Shown: positions 1 to 8,884 of the stretch, one piece after another
Position numbering within the stretch: position 1 is the stretch's first letter
Layout: each line of letters opens with the position of its first letter
NCBI GenBank assembly: GCA_043228905.1
Contig: JBHGNT010000872.1
Location: 1 to 14,381 of the forward strand
Direction of reading: 5' to 3'
Origin: Azolla caroliniana
Taxonomy: Eukaryota; Plantae; Polypodiophyta
Length of the DNA: 14,381 bases
Program-made: the position numbers and the translations under genes
Notes under the pieces: generated by a model
Database searches by the model: none
Seen by the model: only the letters and a program-made list of their open reading frames with translations
Told to the model about the DNA's origin: nothing

Positions 1-462
1 AGGCCATGGTATCGAGATCATAAGTAGAAATGAAAGTTAACACCACAACAAGGTACCATATCTATGGTAACTGACCATGACACGATTATGTGCAAATACA
101 TACAAGAATAAAAGAGTATCATCGTTGGTCACTGAAGGGGACAATAAGAGTAGCTAGGAGGATGACGTATGGAAAGCCATAGGCTACGTCCACAACTAAA
201 ACTTCCACCATCCCCAACGGGACCACATGAAGGCGTAAGTATGGCAATCGAGGTAGAATAGGAATATTATTTACATCAATTATTAGCAAACACAGCCATA
301 CACATGGGGTTCTCTTGATTACTTTCATTGATATCTTAGGTGTGCCTAGGCATGTGGGAGACATATTATTTATGTTGCCAAAATATTGAACAACGAAAAA
401 CAATGGAGGAGGCTACCAGCAAGCAGGTAGGTAATTGCTAATAGGTATGGTAAAATCTCTTA

Positions 463-516
463 ACACCTAAAAGGTGTGACGACTCACTCGCCCAGTTTCT
501 CGAGTGAGTTATAACA
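463..516. mobile_element. Putative transposon/LTR terminus with two adjacent hairpins; 1-516 may be the end of a decayed element
   Basis: ACACCT/AGGTGT inverted pair (463-468/472-477). TGTGACGACTCACTCG (475-490) vs reverse complement of 501-516 (TGTTATAACTCACTCG) match 13/16, with a perfect 9-bp core. The region ends in ...ATAACA, resembling a TG...CA LTR border. No partner terminus is in the window. Confidence 0.3.
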
Positions 517-767
517 TCAGAATAGAGTGAAAACAAGGGAATGTATACGGCAGAAGGAGCTGAGGCCTAGCGGGAATTTGGAAGATGGATTCTTTGAACA
601 GAATGAAATATAAGAGAATGCATATAGCGAGAGGGAGCTCAGTCAGGCCCAGCGATTATGCTTCAAAAGAAGCGGAAATATGAAGTGGGGTCCTTAGATT
701 CCCTCTTGCATAGTGTGGGTCTGGGTCGATTGATTTATTTCTGATATAATATGTATTCGTCGCTGGA

Positions 768-3398
768 ATGCGCAGAGCCCACATAGTGTGCTTTCATCTT
801 CATCGCCGAAAAGCAAATTTCTCCACAGCTCTTGCACAGAAGGTGCAAAATACACATGTCTTTGAAGGTTTGATAAGATCACTATGCAAAGAAGGGCGTC
901 TTAAGGAGGCTATTAACATTATGGAAAAATTAGATAAAAAGAAACCCTTTATATGGATGAAAACTTTTCACTGCCTTCTAGATGTATGTGCACTCGAAGG
1001 AAACATAGTATCAGGGTTAGAGGTACATTACCTTATCATCAAACATGGGTTCAGTTCAAATGCTTTTATCGCCCGAAGATTGATTAGAATGTTTGTGGCT
1101 TGTGAAAGCTTATCAAAGGCTAATGAAGTGTTTTCTCAATTGGTAGAACAAAGTGTGTTCACATGGTGTTCAATCATATTAGCTCATATGAGGCTAGATA
1201 ACAATATTGAACAAACTCTCGAGTTATTTCGTCGAATGCATCTCTCGAATGTGATGTTAGATTCTCACACATATGTGGTTATTCTTAAAGCTTGCTCCAA
1301 TTCTGCCTCACTATGTCAAGGCAAGATTTTCCATCTCTACATCCTGCAAGAAATCAGCTTGCAATCTAATGTAGTGGTAGGGAACGCTCTTATAAGTTTG
1401 TATATAAGTTGTGGAGTCATCGATGATGCGAGAAAAGTGTTCATTGAACTACGAGAACGGGATGTGGTATCGTGGAACACAATGATTGGTGGATTCTCTT
1501 CCCTTAATGAGGGAAGTCATGAGGCTTTCAATTTCTTTTGGCAAATGCAAATGGAAGGTGTTGAGCCTGATAGAGTTACATATATTCATATGCTAAGAGT
1601 ATGTACATATGTGGAATCCTTAACATTAGGAAAGTTGATTCATGGGTTCCTCTTTGAGCATGGAATTACTTTGAGTGAAGCCATAGGAAATGCATTGATC
1701 GATATGTATGCAAAGTTGGATAACTTGGAGGAGGCTTGTAAAATCTTTAGAAGAATGAAAGCGCCTAGTTTGGTAACATGGTGTGCATTAATTGATGCCC
1801 ATGGACAACAAGGACTTGCCCTTGAGGCTCTTGAGCTTTTTGAAGAGATGCAAGCAAAGTTTATAGATCCAGATGAAATTTTGCTTGTAACTATTCTAAG
1901 GCCATGCACCGAGGTACGAGCCCTTGATCATGGAAGGCATATCCATGCCTGTATAATAAAAAAGGGTTATGTAATAGATGCAATAATTGGAGACTCTCTT
2001 GTGAGTTTCTACTGTAGATGCGGAAAGGTCAATGATGCTAGAGTTGTGTTTGATGCATTGCACGAGGTTAATGCTGTCACATGGAGTACAATAATAACTG
2101 GATATGCACAAAAGAGACAATTCCGAGATGCATTGTTTCTTTTCTCGAAGATGCAATATGCAGGCGTGTGTCTGGAACAAAGCACATATCTTAGTGTCTT
2201 GAAATTGTGCACCTGTGAGATTGATGTAAGCTGGGGAATGGTTCTACATGATCAAATCGTGAAGATAGGACTAGAAACCAATGTATTTATTGCATGCGCC
2301 CTCATGAAAGCCTATATAAGATCTGGGAGTCTATCAGATGCCCGCCTTATCTTCAATAAGTCAACGAAACAAGATGTGATGATATGGAATGTGATGTTGT
2401 CTGGCTATGCACAACATGATGGTGTAGAGGCTTTGCATTTTTTTGTGCAAATGCATGAAAAAGGGCACGCAGACCTACTAAATGCAACTACATTTTCAAG
2501 TGTCTTGAAGGCATGCCGTGTAACAGGAGCTCTTCGTAGGGGGAGGATAATTCATAGTTACATTCTCGAAAGAGGAGTTCAAGCTGATACGCACTTAGGA
2601 ACTGGTCTTACCATGATGTATGCAATGTGTGGGGTCCTTCGAGATGGTTGCAAAGCATTTGAAGATGGACCAAAGGATGCTGTGTCATCTTGGAATGCAA
2701 TCATTACAGGGTGTGCACAACATCAAGATTATGATTCAGCACGACAATATTTTGATCTGATGTTAAGGAGAAACTTGAAACCCAATAATGCGACATTTGC
2801 TAGTCTCCTTTCTTCTTGCAATGTAAGAGCTGCTATTCAGCTTTTCAAGGAGATGATGAATGAATACCACATATTAGGGGAGTCTAATCATTATGATTGC
2901 TTTATCAATCTCCTTGGGCGAGGAGGGTATCTAAGTGATGCAGAGAATATACTCTTGACCATTCCAATGCTTCCATCGTCATCATCACTAGAGGTTGACA
3001 ATACGGGGTGGATCTCTTTACTCAACAATTGCAAAGCTCATGGAAATGTGGAGTTAGGAGAAGGATGCTTCGACCATTGGGTCTTAAGGAATGGTAAGAA
3101 TGCGGCCGGATATCTTCTCATGTCTGATATATATGTGGAGAAGGGCATGTTTGAGGATGCGGAAAATGTAGAGAAACTCCGTAATGGTGTGAATGCATGG
3201 AAGAAGCCAGGAAAGGCATGTCTCGAGGTCTATAATGATGTATATGAGTTTGTTGTGGGAGATGCCTCGTCGCCTCCAAATCTTGATGTCAGAGAGAAGT
3301 TTCTGAGGTTGAAAGTGAAGTTAAAAGATGAGGGATACTTCCCTAATTTTCATTCGGCTTTTCAATCATATAGCATGACTTTGCAAGAGGTAAAATAA
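768..3398 (+). CDS. Intronless PLS-class pentatricopeptide repeat protein (876 aa): about 21 PPR motifs (7 P-L-S triplets), E1, E2 and the N-terminal part of a DYW domain of KP-like type; probable organellar (likely mitochondrial) RNA-editing factor
   Basis: Regular P/L/S motifs, e.g. VVSWNTMIGGF.., RVTYIHMLRVC.., VVVGNALISLY..ARKVF. S2 HYDCFINLLGRGGYL, E1 GWISLLNNCKAHGNVELG, E2 AAGYLLMSDIY, then WKKPGKACLEV..VYEFVVGD..LKDEGYFP and a stop with no HxE or CxxC motif. The N-terminus is Arg-rich and acid-free (MRRAH...RRKANFST), like a mitochondrial presequence. Confidence 0.95.
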   Translation: MRRAHIVCFHLHRRKANFSTALAQKVQNTHVFEGLIRSLCKEGRLKEAINIMEKLDKKKPFIWMKTFHCLLDVCALEGNIVSGLEVHYLIIKHGFSSNAFIARRLIRMFVACESLSKANEVFSQLVEQSVFTWCSIILAHMRLDNNIEQTLELFRRMHLSNVMLDSHTYVVILKACSNSASLCQGKIFHLYILQEISLQSNVVVGNALISLYISCGVIDDARKVFIELRERDVVSWNTMIGGFSSLNEGSHEAFNFFWQMQMEGVEPDRVTYIHMLRVCTYVESLTLGKLIHGFLFEHGITLSEAIGNALIDMYAKLDNLEEACKIFRRMKAPSLVTWCALIDAHGQQGLALEALELFEEMQAKFIDPDEILLVTILRPCTEVRALDHGRHIHACIIKKGYVIDAIIGDSLVSFYCRCGKVNDARVVFDALHEVNAVTWSTIITGYAQKRQFRDALFLFSKMQYAGVCLEQSTYLSVLKLCTCEIDVSWGMVLHDQIVKIGLETNVFIACALMKAYIRSGSLSDARLIFNKSTKQDVMIWNVMLSGYAQHDGVEALHFFVQMHEKGHADLLNATTFSSVLKACRVTGALRRGRIIHSYILERGVQADTHLGTGLTMMYAMCGVLRDGCKAFEDGPKDAVSSWNAIITGCAQHQDYDSARQYFDLMLRRNLKPNNATFASLLSSCNVRAAIQLFKEMMNEYHILGESNHYDCFINLLGRGGYLSDAENILLTIPMLPSSSSLEVDNTGWISLLNNCKAHGNVELGEGCFDHWVLRNGKNAAGYLLMSDIYVEKGMFEDAENVEKLRNGVNAWKKPGKACLEVYNDVYEFVVGDASSPPNLDVREKFLRLKVKLKDEGYFPNFHSAFQSYSMTLQEVK

Positions 3399-3418
3399 AC
3401 TGTAGCTGGAAATCAAGT

Positions 3419-3559
3419 TCCATTGCTTGCTACAATGTCATGAGGAATGTATATTGAAAAACCTGAAATTTAAGTCATTGGGGCATTATCCAAATCTATG
3501 GGCTAAGTGGCAGTTCTAACAGCAATAAGCCCATGGTGGGTCCATTGCTTGCTACAATG
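3419..3559 (+). repeat. Exact 19-nt direct repeat TCCATTGCTTGCTACAATG just after the PPR stop
   Basis: Identical copies at 3419-3437 and 3541-3559; each contains a CATTG/CAATG mini inverted repeat. Confidence 0.85.
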
Positions 3560-4380
3560 CAATATGTGGTATCATCAACATCAAGTTATTTATGCCATTT
3601 CCACATTCTCCTATTCTATGAATAGAAAGCCAATTCAAGTTGTTTATACACGTGTGCAAAATGTACATGATGAAGAATGTGACATTTATGACAACTCTAT
3701 GGCTTGGATCATAATTTTGATGGGTTCAATCTAAAGATTTATCCTGTCATGTATCTATTGAGCCTCAAGAATTGTCTATTATATGAACCTAAAGCTTGTA
3801 TTTTGTGGGTCTATACCCTTGATCTATGACAGTATATTATAATCTTGACATCTCAATTAGAAACATGTTGAATCTTTGTTTTCATCATGCATCTATTGTA
3901 CATGGATACACATTCATACTGAATAAGTAAATTTCAGCTTTAGTCAGTTTGGCACAAACACAAACATATGCAACATGCACATTCACATAATTATATGTTT
4001 CCCCTAATGATCTTAGTTAACTACCCAGAAAGGTGGAGGTTAGCCCACTTAGGTCAATGCATTCAATTCTTGTATTAAATGACGATTACCATGTCCCCCC
4101 CCCCCTCTGACACAAATTTTTTCCTTGGTCAAAGAAGAATGTGATCATAAAATTCCTCTGTGTTAGCAAATTGCACCAATTTTTATTGCCATTTAAACAA
4201 CTTGAAATTATGAGTGCGTTAGATAGTCGCTTTTTTATGCAAATTGGCTCATATTTGCCTCACAACACTTCTTTAGGCTCTAATACCAATCGTTTTGGTG
4301 ATGATCTAATATGCATAATATGGAGATTCTTTTAAGATGATTTGTGGCTTGATTGTGAGGAGTTATGGTTGTTGTTTTTA

Positions 4381-4410
4381 TACATATATGTATATATGTA
4401 TATATATATA
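4381..4410. repeat. Imperfect (TA)n microsatellite
   Basis: tacatatatgtatatatgtatatatatata. Confidence 0.85.
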
Positions 4411-5102
4411 CCACACAAACTCAAGGCTTTGGGTAAGGAGATTCAATGCCACGAGTTGTAGAATTCATAGTAATTGAATGTTGGGCTTTTGCCATGTAAC
4501 ATTATTGCCCAATTTCTAAGAGGGTGTTTGCTAATATACAAATCATGTAGTTGCTCGAAGTAAGACCAACAATAAAGTTAATGAGACATTGTTTGCACAC
4601 TAGAGTAGAAAGTCAAAGATTTTTCTCTATGCATAACACCATAAAATTGAGATATTCCTCATAATCCTTGGTTATGTTTATGAGTATCGTTTGAGCGTTT
4701 TTCCTTCTTTCTTGAAATGCTTGTTGTGTTTGACACTAGAGAATGCTTCACACTATTCTTGAATACATACACGCGCACACACATGGATGGGTGCATGTAT
4801 GTAGTATATACAAACATATGTAAACATATATAGAATCATTTTCACAATTTTGAATTATTGCAACATTAATCTTGAGCTTTTCGTTAGTTCCCCCGTAAAG
4901 CAGTAAACTAGTAAATGTTAGAAAAAAAGGTTGAAGCATCTTGCAATGATGTACATAACCGATTGGATGGATTGGAAGCATTATAGATTGGGGATAGAGA
5001 TGAATCAACTACATACTAATAACAATAATGGATCACATAATCGAGGAAAATGAGGCAACAAAATGTATACGTATAACAAGGCTTAGATGTAACATAAGTA
5101 TT

Positions 5103-5187
5103 TCCTCCCCTCCAAACTATGTATGTAAATGTTACATAGTTGGGACTATGTATGTAATGTTGTACATATATAGTTGGGAGGGTAGGG
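5103..5187. repeat. Nested inverted repeat / long hairpin
   Basis: Arm 5108-5127 pairs with 5163-5182 (18 Watson-Crick, 1 G-U, 1 mismatch). Inner perfect 8-bp stem TACATAGT (5133-5140)/ACTATGTA (5145-5152) with a TGGG loop. Confidence 0.8.
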
Positions 5188-5287
5188 CATCTCTGAAAAT
5201 ATGGGAAAACCGAGATCTTAGACTGATATTTCATTTCAGAATGTCCAACTTCCCATTCTTGTCCACCTGATGTGAAAGGAAACATAC

Positions 5288-5315
5288 AAACCCTAATTTG
5301 TTAGCTGTATATATA
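5288..5315 (+). promoter_or_regulatory. Telo-box plus TATA-like element; putative Pol II promoter of the snoRNA
   Basis: AAACCCTAA at 5288-5296 and TATATATA at 5308-5315, ~50 nt upstream of the snoRNA. Telo-box/TATA is the typical architecture of plant snoRNA and ribosome-biogenesis promoters. Confidence 0.6.
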
Positions 5316-5363
5316 CTTCGACATAGCCCCTCCCAGCGTCGTGTCGGAGTGCGAAGCTTTCCA

Positions 5364-5444
5364 TGGCCAGTGATGATCGAAAATGATATATATTACCTAC
5401 ATTGTCAGATTTCATAGTTGATGAGAAGTCAGTAGCTGAGGCCA
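5364..5444 (+). ncRNA. U34: C/D-box snoRNA of the U34 (SNORD34/yeast snR62) family, guiding 2'-O-methylation of a uridine in 25S rRNA
   Basis: Terminal stem TGGCC (5364-5368)/GGCCA (5440-5444); C box GTGATGA 5370-5376; D' CAGA 5406-5409; C' TTGATGA 5418-5424; D box CTGA 5436-5439. The D' guide TTACCTACATTGT (5393-5405) is antisense to the conserved LSU rRNA segment ACAAUGUAGG(U/C)AA and matches the U34 guide as recalled. The fifth nt upstream of D' is A, so the target is a U. Confidence 0.88.
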
Positions 5445-5458
5445 CAAGAAAGCTCTTT

Positions 5459-5478
5459 CTCTCTCTCTCTCTCTCTCT
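5459..5478 (+). repeat. (CT)10 microsatellite
   Basis: Direct reading, immediately downstream of the snoRNA. Confidence 0.9.
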
Positions 5479-6030
5479 CCTTAGTTTTCGATTACTGTTT
5501 CTCCCCTGCCCTTCTTGTTATTTAATTTTATGTTGTTTTCTTCCTCTGTAGCTTCTGCTTCTGTTTTCTGGGTCTTTGTTTCCTTGCTTGCTTATCGTCC
5601 TTTCTTTGTATCATACTTTTGCATATGAAATATGTGACTTGTCTGTGCTCAAATCTAATGTATTAAATAGGATACTGTATAGCTACTGTGGATTAAGACT
5701 GGTTGCCATATACATGACCGAAAGACATACACGACAAACCCGTGATTTAACTTCAGACAGAACTAATCCACAAAACTCGCCGTTAGAAATCAAGAGATAA
5801 TGTATAACAGTATGACCGGCCAGACGCATAGCTTACAAATGCCTCTATTGCACAAATTTGGTCATGTCTCCACCACTATTACACAATATCCAGCATCATG
5901 AGACATATCATGTATCCCTGCAGATGATAGTTCTTCGCGCAGTTGATATTACATTTGATGCCAATCATTCCATTGGTAACAGGTGACACAGTATGAAGAC
6001 TATGTCGTATCCCCGATTTTAATTATGTAA

Positions 6031-6417
6031 TTACCATAATAACTGAACATTGTCCGAAGAACGAAGTCTCTCGAATGCTTTAAGATTCGTGGAATGGCCC
6101 AATCCTGTAATCTAGTTTTGATTGTCCTCTTCCATTGACTGAGCAAAGTCTGTTGAAAGCTTGGCGTAAAGCTCTACAATTTGGGAGATGTTCCCATTGA
6201 GCACCCGGATTAGGCCCACATTGCGGGTGAGTTTCTCGGGTAATCAGCTCTCGTGGTTCTCATTAATTTCATGGATAAGGATTCGGTTCTGGTCTAGGAT
6301 TTCCTGTACTTGGGAGAACTTTGTCTGGAAATTCTGCCAAACCTGGTGCCTCTGGATAATGTTAACGTATTTCTCATGAATCTCCTCCTGGGTTGGGAAC
6401 TTCTCATTTCCGGCCAT
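6031..6417 (-). pseudogene. ELF4-like: ELF4-like (EARLY FLOWERING 4 / DUF1313) gene with two in-frame stops; 128 codons if both are read as sense
   Basis: ATG at 6417: MAGNEKFPTQEEIHEKYVNIIQRHQVWQNFQTKFSQVQEILDQNRILIHEINENHES*LPEKLTRNVGLIRVLNGNISQIVELYAKLSTDFAQSMEEDNQN*ITGLGHSTNLKAFERLRSSDNVQLLW*. The family signature (F.QVQ.ILDQNR.LI.EIN.NHES..P..L.RNVGLI..LN.NI..V..LY..LS..F) continues in frame across the TGA at 6244-6246. The TAG is at 6112-6114 and the final TAA at 6031-6033. Family identity is high confidence; pseudogene status is less certain. Confidence 0.85.
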
Positions 6418-6779
6418 CTCATGTGGTTGCCCTATAGGCTCCCAGTAGATTGCTTCAGGAAACACCCTATTCTGAATACAAGCAGCAAAACAAGCTCACC
6501 TGTCTTCCTATTTCTGCATGTATTGTCTACCTGTGGCCGTCTTAGTATCTGCCTCTGAGTTTCTTTCTTATCCTCTGTAGCGATCAGCCCTCTTTCTCTC
6601 AATTCCTCTCTCCTCCTCTCTACCAAAATCTAACTTCTTTACTCTGTGTCTGTGTCTGTGTGTCTCTCTCTCTGGTTTTCCGGATCTGAGCAGCATCTTT
6701 TGGCGGGCGATTTATGTACATAATTATACGGACTCGAGAGAGATTTTGGGCAGACTCGAGATCCGGAAGAAAAGATGAT

Positions 6780-6881
6780 AATATCTTGGCCCTTTTTATA
6801 CTACACTCCCATAGGTCCACATGGGCGAAGAAAACCAATGGTGTGAGGCCACGTGGTCGAGCCTCGATCGACCCACGTGGC
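6780..6881 (-). promoter_or_regulatory. Core promoter of the ELF4-like gene: TATA box, evening-element core, PBE-box, CCAAT and paired G-boxes
   Basis: Minus-strand TATAAAAA at 6800-6793; AATATCT (evening-element core) 6780-6786; CACATG 6818-6823; CCAAT 6835-6839; CACGTG at 6850-6855 and 6874-6879. CBS-like CAAAATCT also occurs at 6624-6631 and (reverse) 6741-6748. Confidence 0.65.
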
Positions 6882-7205
6882 AGAAATTTTATTTTTTTGT
6901 ATTCCCCTCTCAAAATACTGTTCCTTTTGAAATTTCTGTGTCGCCCATCTCACCCATCCCCTCCTTTCTTTTACAGCCTTGCTCTGTCTGCCTGTGCCTG
7001 TGGACGGCATTTTCTTTTAATTCTAAATGAATGCTTCGTATGATCGATTTCTCACTGAGACAATACTTAATATTTAGTAGTAGACTTGCTCTTTATCTCC
7101 ACTTTTCTTTCATGTACTCTACTTACCTACCTACAAAGTAAATGAAAGATCGTGAACCACTTACACACATTATTACCACACGAACACACCCACCACCGTC
7201 ACACA

Positions 7206-7208
<3 letters not shown>

Positions 7209-7244
<36 letters not shown>
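7209..7244 (+). repeat. (AG)18 microsatellite
   Basis: Direct reading; lies in the divergent intergenic region between the ELF4-like and CX9C genes. Confidence 0.95.
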
Positions 7245-7249
<5 letters not shown>

Positions 7250-8884
7250 GATTGTGATCACGATTCACGTATGCAACAAGAATGTTGTTGAATTGATATA
7301 TATTTGGCAAATATCGAAGAATCAAATTTAATTTAGTGGAAATTTTGGATGTTAGAGCATGTGGGGATCATTTCCTCATCTGCATATTCAGGTTTTCTAT
7401 TGGCTTTAGAAGACTAAAAATTTGGGAACAAACGAATTCTACATACCATTAATATAATTGTGTGTTCTTACCAAAAAGAAAAAAGAGGCAGGGTTGCCAC
7501 ATTCAAGCATGCCAAACAAATCGAAAGAGGGGGGTGTGGGTTTATCATGTTCACTTAGAAACGAAGGAATTAGGGCACGAAGTTCTGATCATGGTACATA
7601 TTAGGTAAGAATTGCAATCATGTTTGTTGAATAAAGCAAATGGAGGTCCCAAATTCCGATATTTATATTCACAAGAATGCATGTGATGTCTTTGGTTACC
7701 CTTGTTTCCTTGACCAATGCCATAGGCTCATACAATTCTTTTTTTTATGGTACATAATAGTTTACGATTCATCTTTGGAGATGAGAGGAAAAGCATAATC
7801 AATTTTTGTCTTTCGCAATTAGATATGATACATTTATTAAGGCTGAAAATAAAAGGAATAGCACATTTCATAAAAAAGAAGGAAAAACACCAAAACGCCT
7901 TAGATTTGCCCTTCAGTTCTTAAATGCCGCAAAGCTAAGTTTTTGCTACCTTCGTGATAACTGACTTCATTGTTTGTTAATCAAGAAGTTTTTCTTAAAA
8001 ACTTGAATGCCCCTTTCTTTTTTTTATTCTAGTTATGAGCCTATGAAAAAAACACTGCGAAGACTTAGTATGTGTATTGCTTGAGCCATTTTAGATATTC
8101 ACTACTAGACAGACCACTTGAATGACTAATATTCACTACCATGATCCAGTGTGTTGTTTAAATTGAAACCAACAATGCCAAACCATAATCATATAGGGTT
8201 GATTTGTGTCGGTTCATTGTGTAACATATAGTATTCATTACACTTATTAGTGATCAAGAGACGTTCCTAGGAGGAGGTGAGCATGACATTTCGAGTGTCA
8301 TAGCATTTACTATTGATGAACAAGACTCTCCAAAGTCACTCAAAGGTGCATTAAATATTTATTTACGATGCAATCATGTCTCAGGCAAAGTATATATCGG
8401 GCAATAATAAGACGGTGCAATAACAAAATCTATTATTGGGCATTGTTCAAAGCAAGGGTCGAGTCTTGTGAAATAGGTTTTCAGATGACGAGGAATCGAG
8501 ATAACCTTCTTTCAAAGTGACTTTATTATGATACCCTTAACTTCTCTTGAGCAATCGGCTTAGATACCGAGCCATGAGGTACTCAAAAATTACTCGGCAA
8601 ACAACTCTTTAGCGAGGTTTCCGAAAGTGTGTGTAAGGTCGTGAAGGTTTTAGAAACTGCGTAAAATGCCCCCCCTGAGTTTTTAGAATTCGCATTGGGA
8701 ATACCCTCACAACTATAGCAATTATGTACATACATACATTTGATCTCCTCAAATTGGCTCATGGAGCACAGAAGAAGCAAAGCTATGGTGAAGCCATGCT
8801 CCGGATCCTTTGATTCCACGCAACATCGACACCTCTTTCCTCTCTGTTCCCTCTCTCCCTATCCGACTCTTCTTCCCTTCATCC

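Noticed and set aside
119-403. 94-aa hydrophobic minus-strand ORF
   Set aside because: Non-ATG start, no recognisable domain, and located in a probable repeat remnant.
694-2212. Minus-strand ORFs overlapping the PPR gene
   Set aside because: Antisense shadows of a strong coding region.
3399-3734. Possible frameshifted continuation of the DYW domain, including ORF 3507-3734
   Set aside because: No HxE, KNLR or CxxC motif in the forward frames read.
6244-6246. Selenocysteine or programmed-readthrough reading of the TGA
   Set aside because: Land plants lack Sec machinery, the aligned residue is K/R rather than Cys, and the context TGA-TTA is not the canonical UGA-CUA(G) signal.
6433-6530. Possible short 5'-UTR intron of the ELF4-like gene (minus-strand CAG|GTAGAC and CAG|GTGAGC donors)
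   Set aside because: Several alternative short donor/acceptor pairs exist; unresolvable without RNA data.
6432-7043. ORFs 6432-6626, 6620-6913, 6714-7043, 6801-7010 and 6821-7030
   Set aside because: They overlie the ELF4-like 5' UTR and promoter, are low-complexity, and show no family motifs.
5459-7244. (CT)n and (AG)n tracts as inverted termini of an element around the ELF4-like gene
   Set aside because: Common microsatellites; no flanking TIR or TSD homology seen.
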